Of a stretch of 27,881 nucleotides of DNA, positions 8,460 through 18,686 are shown one piece after another (position 1 is the first letter of the stretch; every line of letters starts with the position of its first letter). The translations under genes and the position numbers were made by a program. The stretch spans positions 1 to 27,881 of the IMG/VR virus record IMGVR_UViG_3300020044_001685, one strand, 5' to 3'. This stretch comes from a virus. Lineage: Duplodnaviria > Caudoviricetes. The notes under the pieces were generated by a model. The model was given only the letters and a program-made list of their open reading frames with translations, had not been told where the DNA came from and did not search any database.

Positions 8460-8974
8460 TGCTGACATTACTTTCAACACTCGTTAGTTTTTTGATGGGC
8501 GGCTTGCCTAAAATACTCGATCTGTTTCAAGATCGTGCTGACAAATCTCACGAACTAAAGCTGGCTCAATTGCAGACAGAACGCGAAATGCAGTTATTAG
8601 CGGCTGGTTACGCAGCACAACAACATATAGAAGAAATCAAGCTGGACGAGATAAAGACGCAGACAGCTTCTGCGGAGAAAGTCTCGCTAATCGACGCACA
8701 ACAAGCCGAGATGAGTGCCATCTATGCCCACGACACTAGCCTTAATGAAGGCACATCCACATGGATGAAAGACTTCCGTGCATCAGTCAGACCAGTAATT
8801 ACTTACGGGTTCTTTTTCCTACTGGTTGGTATTGATTCTGTGCTGGCGTACAAAGGTTTGACTAGCGGGGTTGAGTTTAATGCGTTGGCTGACCAGCTTT
8901 GGGATAACGAGACTCAAGCGTTATTTGCTTCAATCATAGCGTTCCATTTCGGTGGACGGGCGTTTGGCAAATGA
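8459..8974 (+). CDS. Putative holin (3TM, gene-transfer-agent-release type)
   Basis: N-terminal hydrophobic helix, a coiled coil, the W..DFRASVRPVITY motif, two further TM segments and a terminal FHFGGRAFGK. Directly upstream of the lysozyme. Confidence 0.7.
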   Translation: MLTLLSTLVSFLMGGLPKILDLFQDRADKSHELKLAQLQTEREMQLLAAGYAAQQHIEEIKLDEIKTQTASAEKVSLIDAQQAEMSAIYAHDTSLNEGTSTWMKDFRASVRPVITYGFFFLLVGIDSVLAYKGLTSGVEFNALADQLWDNETQALFASIIAFHFGGRAFGK

Positions 8975-9447
8975 TTAGCGAGAAGGCTTTAAAGATGATC
9001 GCCCACCACGAAGGTGTGCGATTAAAGCCGTATCAGTGCCCAGCTAAGCTGTGGACAATAGGCGTGGGTCATGTGATTGACCCTAACCACGGCAAGCTAA
9101 AGATTGAAGACAGGGTTGGCTTACCTTGCCCAGAAGGTTGGAACAGAGCATTTACGATGGGAGAGGTCGATGCCATTCTTGCAAAAGACCTTGAGCGGTT
9201 TGAGCGTGGAGTTCTTAAATACTGTCCTAGTGCTGGCTCTAGGCAAGGCTGGATGGACGCTCTGGTCAGTTTTAGCTTCAATGTAGGCTTGGGTACTCTT
9301 CAGCGGTCTACGCTGCGCCAGAGGCACAACAGAGGCGATTACGAAGGTGCTGCAGAGGAGTTCTTGAAATATACAAAGGCTGGTGGCAAAGAGCTCAAAG
9401 GTTTAGTGAACAGACGTAAAGATGAGCGTGCTCTTTATCTACTTTGA
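8971..9447 (+). CDS. Endolysin, phage lysozyme (glycoside hydrolase family 24)
   Basis: HEG...PYQC...WTIGVGH catalytic region (E14-x8-C23-x5-T29), DALVSFSFNVGLG, and C-terminal GLVNRRKDERALYL. Confidence 0.95.
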   Translation: MISEKALKMIAHHEGVRLKPYQCPAKLWTIGVGHVIDPNHGKLKIEDRVGLPCPEGWNRAFTMGEVDAILAKDLERFERGVLKYCPSAGSRQGWMDALVSFSFNVGLGTLQRSTLRQRHNRGDYEGAAEEFLKYTKAGGKELKGLVNRRKDERALYLL

Positions 9448-9476
9448 TATTCACAAAAATGTAATAGGAGCATAAA

Positions 9477-9644
9477 ATGAAGGCTGTTTGGAATAAACCC
9501 CGCCCAAAGGATTTAGGCAAACCTGAGAAGCTTAGTCCGAACCAAAAGAAAGCTGCAAAAAGCTTTGCCAAACGGACAGGAACCGCATACCCATCGTTAG
9601 TAGCCAATATGCATGGCGCTAAGGCAAAGAAAGGTAACTGGTAA
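9477..9644 (+). CDS. Small basic protein, 55 aa (MKAVWNKPRPKDLGKPEKLSPNQKKAAKSFAKRTGTAYPSLVANMHGAKAKKGNW); missing from the ORF track
   Basis: Translated by hand. Strong AGGAG RBS at 9466-9470. The stop overlaps the next ATG (TAATG). Confidence 0.85.
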   Translation: MKAVWNKPRPKDLGKPEKLSPNQKKAAKSFAKRTGTAYPSLVANMHGAKAKKGNW

Positions 9645-10273
9645 TGGCAGCTGTAATGACATACACCTCACTGGCAGCGGATATTGCCAGCTACTTGGAG
9701 CGCTCAGACGCCCAAACTATCGCCAAGATTCCTACCTTCATTATGCTGGCTGAGCAGGTCATCGCCAGTGAGATTAAATTTCTAGGAAACTTGACTGTAA
9801 ACAACAGTACGATGGTTCTAGGAACGGCTGTCATTGAAAAACCTGCCCGTTGGCACAAGACAGTCTCAATGAACGTGGTGGTTGCAGGCGAAAGACAGCC
9901 TGTTTTCTTACGTAAATACGAATACCTGCGGGAATATTGGCCTGATGCTACAGCTACAGGTGTTCCAGCTTACTACGCAGACTACGACTATACGCATTGG
10001 CTAGTAGCTCCTACGCCTGCGGCTGCTTATACCTTTGAAATCCTGTACTACCAGCGCCTGCAGCCGTTAGATGACTCTAATCAGACTAACTGGTTTACTG
10101 AGTACGCCCCACAGGCTTTGTTATATGGCTCGTTATTACAGGCTATGCCTTACGTAAAGAACGACGACCGCATCCCTATGTGGCAGGCTCAGTACCAGCA
10201 GATTATCCAGACACTTAAATCTGAAGATCTCCAGCGTATGGGTGATCGTCAAGCTGTTGCAATGGATAGCTAA
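9644..10273 (+). CDS. Putative head-tail adaptor / tail tubular protein A-like (209 aa)
   Basis: MTYTSL...I..YLER N-terminal helix, central G.P.YY...VAPTP...Y..EILYY, and C-terminal ALLYGSL..A helix. Size and position fit podovirus adaptors. Confidence 0.7.
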   Translation: MAAVMTYTSLAADIASYLERSDAQTIAKIPTFIMLAEQVIASEIKFLGNLTVNNSTMVLGTAVIEKPARWHKTVSMNVVVAGERQPVFLRKYEYLREYWPDATATGVPAYYADYDYTHWLVAPTPAAAYTFEILYYQRLQPLDDSNQTNWFTEYAPQALLYGSLLQAMPYVKNDDRIPMWQAQYQQIIQTLKSEDLQRMGDRQAVAMDS

Positions 10274-10275
10274 CC

Positions 10276-11517
10276 ATGACTACTTACGTCTCCCCGTTTA
10301 CTGGCGACGTTGTACAGCCTACAGACGTCAGTTATAGGTCTTTTAACCTATCTGCTAACACGACTCTGTTTTGGCCTGTAAATGGCAACGCTACGGGCAA
10401 CTATGCTGCTCGTATCATGGAGGTAACGCCTACAGCGGGTAGCTTGTCGTTGACCATGCCTGCAGCCAATGAAGTATCTGTAGGTACAGACTCCCTTGTT
10501 AGAAACCTGACTGGTACGGCTTTCACGGTCAAAGACAACGCAGGAGGCACAATTGTCACGGTTGCAGCCAATAAAGCGCAGTACATTTATGTCACGTCAA
10601 ACAGTACCGCAGCTGGTACTTGGGGTGTTATTGACTTTGGTGCTGGCACCAGTTCTGCTGACTCTGCTACTCTTGCTGGGTACGGCTTACTGGCTATTAC
10701 AACGACGCTAAACCAAAGCCATCCTTCTTCTGTTTTTACTAACGGCTACACGTTTGTGGCTGCTGACAGAGCTCAGACTAAGGTCTGGGCAAGTGGTACA
10801 GGTACGGTTTACCTGCCTGCGGTTGCTTCTGTTGGAAACAATTGGTTCTTCTTACTTAAGAATAACGGCACAGGATCGCTGACTGTTGAAGGTGCTGGCG
10901 CAGAGCTTATTGACTTAGGTTTAACCAAGACATTTGCCCCAGATGAATCTGCGTTCCTTATTTGTACTGGCACAGAATGGGTAACTGTAGGCTACGGTAA
11001 AAGCTCTAACTTTGTTTTTACTGCGCTTACTAAGCCTGTTACTGGCGGCAGCTACACCATTACCCCTAGTGAAGCGGCAAATACCATTCAAGAGTATGTA
11101 GGCATATTGGTTAGTAATGTCACTGCCTACTACCCGCCTGCAGTTAACTTTTACGTCATTAGTAACCAAACAACAGACAATGGTTATACCTTGACGGTAT
11201 CCACAGGGGTTGTTGGTGGGTTTAACGCTACGGTTCCCCCCGGTGCTCAGGTAACTTTGATCTGCGATGGTACAAATTTCCTAAATGCCAATACGGTTCA
11301 AGTTGGTGCGTCTAACTTGAGTATCGTTAGTGGTACAGCTAATTTGCCCGGCATGAACTTTGCCGCAGAAACTAGTACAGGTGTTTATCGCCCCGGCACT
11401 GGTCAGTTTGGCGTTTCAATTCAGGGCACTCTACGATCTAACTTAGATGCTACTGGTTTGACTATTACTGGTTCTGGAACATTTACCACTGGTATTGCTG
11501 GGGGCGTATTTACATGA
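10276..11517 (+). CDS. Tail structural / proximal fibre-like protein (413 aa)
   Basis: Thr/Gly/Val-rich beta protein with three loosely repeated units (T-x-x-x-P-A...x-N-x-T/G), and a C-terminal GTANLPGMNFAAETSTGVYRPG motif typical of phage fibres. Lies between the adaptor and the nozzle. Confidence 0.65.
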   Translation: MTTYVSPFTGDVVQPTDVSYRSFNLSANTTLFWPVNGNATGNYAARIMEVTPTAGSLSLTMPAANEVSVGTDSLVRNLTGTAFTVKDNAGGTIVTVAANKAQYIYVTSNSTAAGTWGVIDFGAGTSSADSATLAGYGLLAITTTLNQSHPSSVFTNGYTFVAADRAQTKVWASGTGTVYLPAVASVGNNWFFLLKNNGTGSLTVEGAGAELIDLGLTKTFAPDESAFLICTGTEWVTVGYGKSSNFVFTALTKPVTGGSYTITPSEAANTIQEYVGILVSNVTAYYPPAVNFYVISNQTTDNGYTLTVSTGVVGGFNATVPPGAQVTLICDGTNFLNANTVQVGASNLSIVSGTANLPGMNFAAETSTGVYRPGTGQFGVSIQGTLRSNLDATGLTITGSGTFTTGIAGGVFT

Positions 11518-13328
11518 CTAAAAAAGTATTTGCCCTTGATACTCAAGCTGGAATCCAACGAGACGGCACTATTTTTGACATGAACTTTTACACCGACGGA
11601 CGTTGGGTAAGGTTTCAGCGTGGCCGTCCTCGTAAAGTATTGGGCTACCGTCAAATTACAGCCAAGCTGGCAGGCCCTTCGCGTGGTTTGTACGTCAACC
11701 CACAGCCTAACTTCAATTACGTCTACAACGGCTATTCTGACGGCTTGCAGGTCATTCCTATTACGAATAACGGGACTGGTTCTGGCGTGTCTGATTTTAC
11801 TTTAACTAACTTTACGGCCAACGCTACTAACCTTTGGCAGTTTGATACGTTTTTTGATACGACTGGCGGCGGTACAGAAAGTTTGGTTGCTCATCCGGGT
11901 AGAAATCTGTCAGACATTGCAAACACTGTAGATACCCCTGTATTGATTGGCAATAGCACTGGCACCACAATGGCAGCAATGTCTAGTAGTGGCACACCAA
12001 TTGCAGTGTCTGGCGGTGTGGTCGTTCTTCATCCTTATGTGTTTGTTTACGGTAATAACGGTTTGATCAAGAACTGTGCTGCGGGTGATCCTACAAATTG
12101 GACAACACTTCAGGCTAACGAGACAAACGTAGCTGGATCAAAGATTGTCCAAGGCTTGCCAGTACGTGGCGGTTCTAACTCTCCAGCTGGGTTGTTTTGG
12201 TCATTGGATTCACTAATCCGTGTGTCTTATGCCCCGCAAACTATTACTGTTGGAGCTGTAGCAACGACTTTATACTGGCGCTACGATATTATTTCCAGCC
12301 AGTCTTCAATATTGTCTGCTCAGTCAGTTATTGAATATGACGGTATTTATTACTGGTGTGGCGTTGACCGTTTCCTAATGTACAACGGTGTGGTCAAAGA
12401 AATCCCAAACAACATGAACCAGAACTACTTCTTTGACAACCTGAACTATGCTCAGCGTCAAAAAGTATATGTGACTAAGGTTCCACGTTATGGCGAGATT
12501 TGGTGGTTCTACCCTCGTGGTGACTCTACAGAGTGCAATGACGCGATTATCTACAATGTCCGTGAACAGACGTGGTACGACGCTGGGACAGCTCTAGGAG
12601 CCCGTAGATCAGCTGGTTACTTCTCTCAAGTGTTCCAATACCCTATCAACGTGGGCTGGGAATACCAGTCTATTGGGGGTGTAAATGCCACATCTATTAC
12701 TAACGGTGGAACTTCTTATACTAACGGATCGTACACCAACGTCGCCCTTACTGGTGGTAATGGTACAGGGGCTATTGCAAATATTACGGTGGCTGGGGGT
12801 ATTGTTACCGTTGTTACTATCGTTGATCACGGCGTCAATTATTCTGTTAGTGACGTTCTAACTGCAACCATTCCCGCTGGCTCTGGGTTCCAATTAACTG
12901 TAACTACGTTAATGAACTTTGTGTCTTTGTGGCAGCATGAAATAGGGACAGACTCAATTCAAGGTACGAACATAAACGCTATTGAGAGCTACTTCCAGAC
13001 CAATGATCTTGGCTGGGTAGGTGGTGGCCCATCACAGCCTCAGCCAGTTGGTGAGAACCGTTGGATTCATTTAGAGCGTGCTGAGCCTGACTTTATTCAA
13101 ACTGGCGACATGGAAATGTATGTTGTAGGACGCCCATTTGCTCAAGAGACTGACGTTACTACTGGCCCTTATGTGTTCTCCCCAACGACTGGCAAGATTG
13201 ACTTGCGTGAGCAACGCAGAGAACTGCGGTTGACGTTTAGATCAAATGTGGCAGGCGGTGACTACCAGCTTGGTAAGTTGTTGTTAAACGCAGATATTGG
13301 CGACGTCAGGGGCTATTCAAATGGCTAA
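11514..13328 (+). CDS. Putative tail nozzle / tail tubular protein B / head-stabilisation protein (604 aa)
   Basis: N-terminal GIQRDGT...WVRFQRGRPRK, beta-propeller-like aromatic repeats (YYWCGVDRFLMYNG, EIWWFYP, IIYNVREQTWY) and position after the adaptor. Confidence 0.65.
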   Translation: MTKKVFALDTQAGIQRDGTIFDMNFYTDGRWVRFQRGRPRKVLGYRQITAKLAGPSRGLYVNPQPNFNYVYNGYSDGLQVIPITNNGTGSGVSDFTLTNFTANATNLWQFDTFFDTTGGGTESLVAHPGRNLSDIANTVDTPVLIGNSTGTTMAAMSSSGTPIAVSGGVVVLHPYVFVYGNNGLIKNCAAGDPTNWTTLQANETNVAGSKIVQGLPVRGGSNSPAGLFWSLDSLIRVSYAPQTITVGAVATTLYWRYDIISSQSSILSAQSVIEYDGIYYWCGVDRFLMYNGVVKEIPNNMNQNYFFDNLNYAQRQKVYVTKVPRYGEIWWFYPRGDSTECNDAIIYNVREQTWYDAGTALGARRSAGYFSQVFQYPINVGWEYQSIGGVNATSITNGGTSYTNGSYTNVALTGGNGTGAIANITVAGGIVTVVTIVDHGVNYSVSDVLTATIPAGSGFQLTVTTLMNFVSLWQHEIGTDSIQGTNINAIESYFQTNDLGWVGGGPSQPQPVGENRWIHLERAEPDFIQTGDMEMYVVGRPFAQETDVTTGPYVFSPTTGKIDLREQRRELRLTFRSNVAGGDYQLGKLLLNADIGDVRGYSNG

Positions 13329-13572
13329 TAACGTATCCCTTATTTACGACCCAAGAAACCATACGTTTGATAGCTGGGCTTCGCTTATGTGTGAGTTGTA
13401 TGCAGCTCAACAGTTAGAGATACCTGCCAAAGATACTGATTGGCGTACATGGGGGGAAGGTCTTAAAGCTATTGATGTGTTCACTAACGAAGCTGTGCCG
13501 GGGACTATTCCATTCGATAACTGGATGGATTGGGCTCAGGCTGTCGTTGGTGCTGTTCAGCCAAGGGAATAA
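13321..13572 (+). CDS. Small Trp-rich hypothetical virion-module protein (83 aa)
   Basis: The ATG at 13321 overlaps the upstream stop (ATGGCTAA) with AGGGG upstream, so it is preferred over the TTG at 13297. Confidence 0.75.
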   Translation: MANNVSLIYDPRNHTFDSWASLMCELYAAQQLEIPAKDTDWRTWGEGLKAIDVFTNEAVPGTIPFDNWMDWAQAVVGAVQPRE

Positions 13573-13574
13573 TC

Positions 13575-16500
13575 GTGTCAGTTTCAGGATTACCAAAACT
13601 TGCCGACTTTCAGAAAGCTATTGCAGCCGTTAAAGCTGCCAATACTAAGTATAAGAACGCTCAAGATAGTTTGCAGCCTTCTCAGGCGGCTATTGATAAA
13701 GCCAAAGGGCTTTTAGACACAGCTAAAGGCAAGCTTGATTCTTTACAAAATGACCATAACAATAAAGCGTATTTAAATAACCCAACATATCAATCTTCTT
13801 ACAGCGCATATCAAGATGCTGCAAACAAGGCTAACTCTCTTGAAAGCTATTGGCGTTCAAGGGATTGGTTAAACAGTAATGCTGCCTATCAGAATGCTGC
13901 TAACGTATACAACACAGCTAAAGACTTCATAGATTCTGGCAAGTATCTACAGAATAATTCTGCTTATCAGACAGCGGTTAATAATTTAACAGCAGCTCAA
14001 CAAAAACTTGAAACAGCTAAAAACTACCTAAACTCTGAAGACTATCTAAACAAGAACTCAACGTATCAGAACTTGTTGTCTGCTCGTCAAACAGCTGAAA
14101 ACACGTTAAATCAAGCACGAGACTTTTACGACTCTGGCAGGTATTACAAAGATAATTCAACGTATAACAATTATGTTAATGCGTTTAACACGGCTGATCA
14201 AAAGCTTAACCAGTTACGTGACTGGAAAGACTCTGGTCGTTATCTTGAAGAGAACTCAACGTATAAGAATGCTGTAAACGCAATACCTTCAAAAGAAGAT
14301 GCATTACGTGCAGCAGAAAGCAAGCTAGATAATTGGTCTGGTGCTCGTTCTGGTACTGCTTGGAATAATGCTGTATCTGCAAAAGTGGCTGCTGACAATG
14401 CTTTTGTTGCGGCTCAAACAGCTAGAGATAAAGCTGCTGAGGCGGCATCCAATGCTGCTGACACGCTTATTAGAAACCAAGACACTACACGTAGCACGGC
14501 AGAGACAAACGTCAATAAGACTAGAGACTCTTTAGAAGTTGCGGCTAACAAAGCTAGAGAGACTGCTGAGAATACTTTTAACATTGTCAGAGACAATATT
14601 GATAGAACTAAAGATTCTTTGCGCCAAACTGCAGAAACAGCTGTAAATACTGCTCAATCTGCTTATGAGAACGCTCAGCCTGCCGTAGATAAAGCTAAAG
14701 AAACAGCCACTAATGCCGCTAACACTGCAAAAAATACAGCAGAAACAAATAAAAACATTGCTGAGAATAAAGCAGATGATATTGCATGGAATACTTGGCA
14801 AACAGCATCTAAAGCAGCTGACTCATTAAACACTAAAGCTAATGATATTGCTAAAGGGCTTGAGTCAGTATCGAACAAAACTGTTGACGCACAAAAATCT
14901 GCTGTTGATGCACAAAACGGAATTTGGGAAACAGCGCAAAACAAATACAACGACGTTTATAACGAACTAAAGCCAGACCTTGAAGATTACAACGCCAAAG
15001 TAGCTGACGTTTCTAATTACGCTCAAAATTTTAAAGACAGCATATCAGGTATGTCTGCTGCTGATATTCCTGCGGCTAAAGCAGTGCTTAGCCAATTTAC
15101 TGATGAAATTAAAAAAAGCGGCATACAAGAGTTTCAAGACAAAGTTGCCCCATTATTTTCTAGTTCTAATTATGACTTTTCGCCTTTGTCCAGTGGGTCA
15201 ATAAGTTTAAATACTGCCGCTCAAAGACAAGTTTTAGTAGATTATCAAAACAAGTTATTCGATGATGCAAAACAAGAACGAATTAACGAATGGGTAGATA
15301 AAAACCCCGGAAAGACTGCTGCTCAAGCCCCAACTCAATTAAAGACTGCACAGCCAACTTCAAGCGATTGGACATTTAATTCTGCGCCAATAATGGGCGC
15401 TGCAGGAAGTAGATACACCCCTAGTGTTGGTTCTGCCAGTGAAAAATACAATGATTTTGTGAAAAAAATGGGGAGTGAAACTGGCTCCCCAGAACAAATA
15501 GCAATGAAAACTGGTGTTTGGGATCAGGCTATGTCCTCCCTGCCAAGAGAAGACTTAGCTGCTATAGCTGCAAAGTATGAAAGTTATGGCTCTGGTGCCT
15601 ATGACATCTATGGTGCTGGAGAAGATGTAAAGTTAAACAAAGCTTTTGATAATGTTAATGCAGGTTATTTTGCTCAAGTTGATAAATACACTGGAATGCC
15701 AATTCTTAATCAAGCAAAGCTTGATGCTGTAGTAAATAAGTATGGAGATAGCATTAAAGGTAATAGCAATGCTAGAGCTGCTTTTGCTAGTTTTGGTTGG
15801 GACATGATGTCAGATGGTGCCCAGATTTTGCACGGCCCAGCTATCGTTGGTTTGTATCAAGGAACATACACTACTGGGATGGGTCAACCCACTAAAGGCA
15901 TATTAAATGCAAAAGGCCAGTTAGCTACAGATGCTGATTATTTAAATTCCGCAAAGCAATTAAAACTTAATACTGATGAGTATTACAGACCAATGAAGTT
16001 TGTTGCAGCTACTGCATCTGGATATAGCCCCGGAGAAAAAGCAACATCAGACAATTCTGCCGAATATACAGACCCAAGAACTGGCGAAACTTATCTTGCT
16101 CGAATAAACCAAACAGATAATCCGGGTGCTTTTGCTTTTGAATTAGATAAAGGAAGGTTATTCGCAGACATTTCTAAGGGGACTAAAGATTATTATTTAG
16201 TCGCTAATGCTGTTGAAAATGTCGGAGCTAATAATCCTACTAGACATGCTGCTGTTTTATTTAAAGCAGACGGAAGCGGAAATCTTGCGCCTGTACTCGA
16301 CGAAAAAAACCAGCCACAAGTTAGTTATTACCAAGCAGAACGTGTTCACCACAGTGATTTTATGGAAGACTGGGGTGGATTCTTAATGATCGCCTCAATG
16401 ATTGCAGCTCCTTACATGAGCGAATACATAGCTGGAAGTATGGCTGCAATGGAAGTAAGCGCTGCAGTAGCTCCTACGGCGTTTACGATGGGTTTACCAG

Positions 16501-18677
16501 CAGTTACTTTAGGTCAAACTATTGGAATGACTGCAGTTAATGTACTTGCTAGTGGCGTTACAAATTCTATTATGTCTGGCCTTACTAATGGTGGTGATTT
16601 TAGTAATGCTGGTGCAGCTTTTGTAAGTGGCGCAAGTGGTTCGGTAGTTAATACAAGCTCTAATAAAATTCTTGAAACTGTTGGTATTAACCAATCTACT
16701 GTTGAAAAAATTGCTGAGGTATCTAAATTACAGCCAGCGCAAGTGTCTAACATGCTGGCTAATACTATTACTGTGGGTGCTGTAGGAACTGCGCTTGGTG
16801 ACCCAAATGCTTTAAATAACGCAATTATTGGCTTAGCTGGTCAATTTGTTGGATCTGAGGCTAAGAATTTAGTTACTGACGCCATGAATGGTGCTGATAC
16901 TAAACTGATAGCATCAGTATCTACTGCTGCGGGTAACGTAGGAAACATCGCCACTCAAACAACTCTAAATGGCGGTGATGTAGGTACAGCAATTACAAAC
17001 GCCATGCCAGCGATTATTAATGGGGCAGTTAAAGCAGGCGAGGCTGCAGCGAATGCACCTAAAACTACTACTAACACTAATCAAGTTACCTCACCAAGTG
17101 ACTTTGCTGTAACTCCGGGAAACACAGCATCACAGCAATTCCCTCTGCAGGATAGATTAAACACAGACCCAAACACTATGAGCAATGAAGCTCGTATTTG
17201 GTATGAGAGTGCTGTAGAGCAAGGGATGGATAAAAATAATGCATTAATTTATGCAAATATAATTGAAGACGGTATAAAAAACCCAAGCCCTTATCTTGGT
17301 ACTGACCTTGGTACAGTTCAATATGGCCCTGCACTAGCAAAAGATGTTCTTACGCTTGGGTCAACTCCATCTCAATTAAAAGAACTTGATGATATAGCTA
17401 ATAAAAGAAAAATATCGCAAATTACTGGAACTGATATTTCTGCAGACGATATTAAATTTATGTCGGATGCGTTTAATTCTGTGTATGGCGTCCCAAAAAC
17501 TTCTACAGGAACTAGCACATCTAGTTCTACAACTGGTTCTGGCGCAAGTACAAAAGCACAGGTAGACGCCGCTAATGCACAGCAAGCTCCTGCAGGCTCT
17601 AATACCACAACAACAGGCGGTACAGGTACGGATGTAAATGATTATAGAAACATCAAAGAAGTAAATGACCCATATCTAAAAACAGCATCTGATGTTGCTA
17701 ATGTTTTGTTTTCTTTTGGCACTACGCCCACTAGTGAAACTTCTGGGTCTGCTGTGTTTGGCCCCGGATCGTCTGTGTTCGACGCCGCTACTGGAAAAGA
17801 AATTCAAAATTTTGCCAAAGCAAACCCAAATGAATTTTATTTGTTTGCTAAAGACTCATACATAAAAAACAATATACCTCCAGATGTATCTGTAACTCTT
17901 TTAGATGCTGCAACACAAGAAAAAATTAAAAAAGACATAGTTGATAAAGTCGTTGCTTCTGAAAAAATAACGGCTGAAAAAACGCAAACTATTCCAGCAA
18001 CTACACCTGTTACTACGCCAACTAACACAACAAATACAACAGCGCCTATTGTTGAAAGTGTACCGGGTGGTGGTAGTGGTGGTGGCGAAAGACAACCAGC
18101 AAATAGTAATAATTTGCCTAGCGGTGGAATTGACACAACTAAAACGCCATCAAACATTACTCTTCCTGATGGTAGTGCAGGCAGTATTTTGCCGGGGACG
18201 GGAACACTTCCATTACCCGGAGAAAAAGATGGCACTTCAATAGGAACTGGCACAGGCTTAGGAAATACTAATACCCTTGGCTTGATTGGTACTGGCACTC
18301 AAGGCACTGGAACTGGAACAGGCACAGGCACAGGAACGGGTACTGGTACAGGTGTAGGAACTGGTACAGGCTCTGGAACTGGATCAGGTACTGGTAGCGG
18401 CACAGGTTCGGGCACTGGTACTGGAACAAATATATCAGGCGTGTTAGCAGCATTGGCGGCTGCTATTGGAGGTGGTAAAGTGCCAACAGGTACAAGTGGG
18501 GCAGGTGGTTTGACGCAAGTCCCAGCAGGCTACACAGCAGTAACTACGCCATTGGCAAAGCGTCCAATCGGTGATTTATACCCAGTTTCGTTTACGATGA
18601 TGACTCCAGAAGAAATAGCTGCTCGTTCGACCACAAAAATGGTTAGACGTGGCGGTTTAGTTTCTATGAGGAAATAA
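13575..18677 (+). CDS. Giant putative internal virion / ejection protein (about 1700 aa) with helical repeats, a hydrophobic central region and a Gly-Thr tract
   Basis: A 5.1-kb ORF. GTG at 13575 follows AAGGGA and the upstream stop, so it is preferred over 13530. Position downstream of the nozzle gene matches podovirus ejection proteins. Confidence 0.7.
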   Translation: MSVSGLPKLADFQKAIAAVKAANTKYKNAQDSLQPSQAAIDKAKGLLDTAKGKLDSLQNDHNNKAYLNNPTYQSSYSAYQDAANKANSLESYWRSRDWLNSNAAYQNAANVYNTAKDFIDSGKYLQNNSAYQTAVNNLTAAQQKLETAKNYLNSEDYLNKNSTYQNLLSARQTAENTLNQARDFYDSGRYYKDNSTYNNYVNAFNTADQKLNQLRDWKDSGRYLEENSTYKNAVNAIPSKEDALRAAESKLDNWSGARSGTAWNNAVSAKVAADNAFVAAQTARDKAAEAASNAADTLIRNQDTTRSTAETNVNKTRDSLEVAANKARETAENTFNIVRDNIDRTKDSLRQTAETAVNTAQSAYENAQPAVDKAKETATNAANTAKNTAETNKNIAENKADDIAWNTWQTASKAADSLNTKANDIAKGLESVSNKTVDAQKSAVDAQNGIWETAQNKYNDVYNELKPDLEDYNAKVADVSNYAQNFKDSISGMSAADIPAAKAVLSQFTDEIKKSGIQEFQDKVAPLFSSSNYDFSPLSSGSISLNTAAQRQVLVDYQNKLFDDAKQERINEWVDKNPGKTAAQAPTQLKTAQPTSSDWTFNSAPIMGAAGSRYTPSVGSASEKYNDFVKKMGSETGSPEQIAMKTGVWDQAMSSLPREDLAAIAAKYESYGSGAYDIYGAGEDVKLNKAFDNVNAGYFAQVDKYTGMPILNQAKLDAVVNKYGDSIKGNSNARAAFASFGWDMMSDGAQILHGPAIVGLYQGTYTTGMGQPTKGILNAKGQLATDADYLNSAKQLKLNTDEYYRPMKFVAATASGYSPGEKATSDNSAEYTDPRTGETYLARINQTDNPGAFAFELDKGRLFADISKGTKDYYLVANAVENVGANNPTRHAAVLFKADGSGNLAPVLDEKNQPQVSYYQAERVHHSDFMEDWGGFLMIASMIAAPYMSEYIAGSMAAMEVSAAVAPTAFTMGLPAVTLGQTIGMTAVNVLASGVTNSIMSGLTNGGDFSNAGAAFVSGASGSVVNTSSNKILETVGINQSTVEKIAEVSKLQPAQVSNMLANTITVGAVGTALGDPNALNNAIIGLAGQFVGSEAKNLVTDAMNGADTKLIASVSTAAGNVGNIATQTTLNGGDVGTAITNAMPAIINGAVKAGEAAANAPKTTTNTNQVTSPSDFAVTPGNTASQQFPLQDRLNTDPNTMSNEARIWYESAVEQGMDKNNALIYANIIEDGIKNPSPYLGTDLGTVQYGPALAKDVLTLGSTPSQLKELDDIANKRKISQITGTDISADDIKFMSDAFNSVYGVPKTSTGTSTSSSTTGSGASTKAQVDAANAQQAPAGSNTTTTGGTGTDVNDYRNIKEVNDPYLKTASDVANVLFSFGTTPTSETSGSAVFGPGSSVFDAATGKEIQNFAKANPNEFYLFAKDSYIKNNIPPDVSVTLLDAATQEKIKKDIVDKVVASEKITAEKTQTIPATTPVTTPTNTTNTTAPIVESVPGGGSGGGERQPANSNNLPSGGIDTTKTPSNITLPDGSAGSILPGTGTLPLPGEKDGTSIGTGTGLGNTNTLGLIGTGTQGTGTGTGTGTGTGTGTGVGTGTGSGTGSGTGSGTGSGTGTGTNISGVLAALAAAIGGGKVPTGTSGAGGLTQVPAGYTAVTTPLAKRPIGDLYPVSFTMMTPEEIAARSTTKMVRRGGLVSMRK
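13932..14290 (+). repeat. 99-bp / 33-aa degenerate tandem coding repeat (DSGxYxxxNSxY...)
   Basis: Units start at 13932, 14031, 14130 and 14229: [52 protein letters not shown]. Confidence 0.85.
18288..18428 (+). repeat. Gly-Thr/Ser dipeptide coding repeat (about 47 aa)
   Basis: GGN-ACN hexamer repeats with synonymous variation, encoding [12 protein letters not shown]...[12 protein letters not shown]. Confidence 0.9.
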
Positions 18678-18686
18678 GGAAAAATT

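Noticed and set aside
9444-9476. Possible sigma70 promoter (TTGATA ... TGTAAT) before the small basic gene
   Set aside because: The spacing is about 10 nt rather than 16-18, so it is not supportable.
13530-13574. Track start for the giant ORF ([13 protein letters not shown]...)
   Set aside because: It overlaps the upstream gene and gives an atypical Cys-rich leader. GTG at 13575 has an RBS and follows the upstream stop.
13932-14290. Regularly spaced repeats considered as a CRISPR array
   Set aside because: The repeats are degenerate, in frame (99 bp) and conserved at the protein level, with no identical direct repeats or cas genes.
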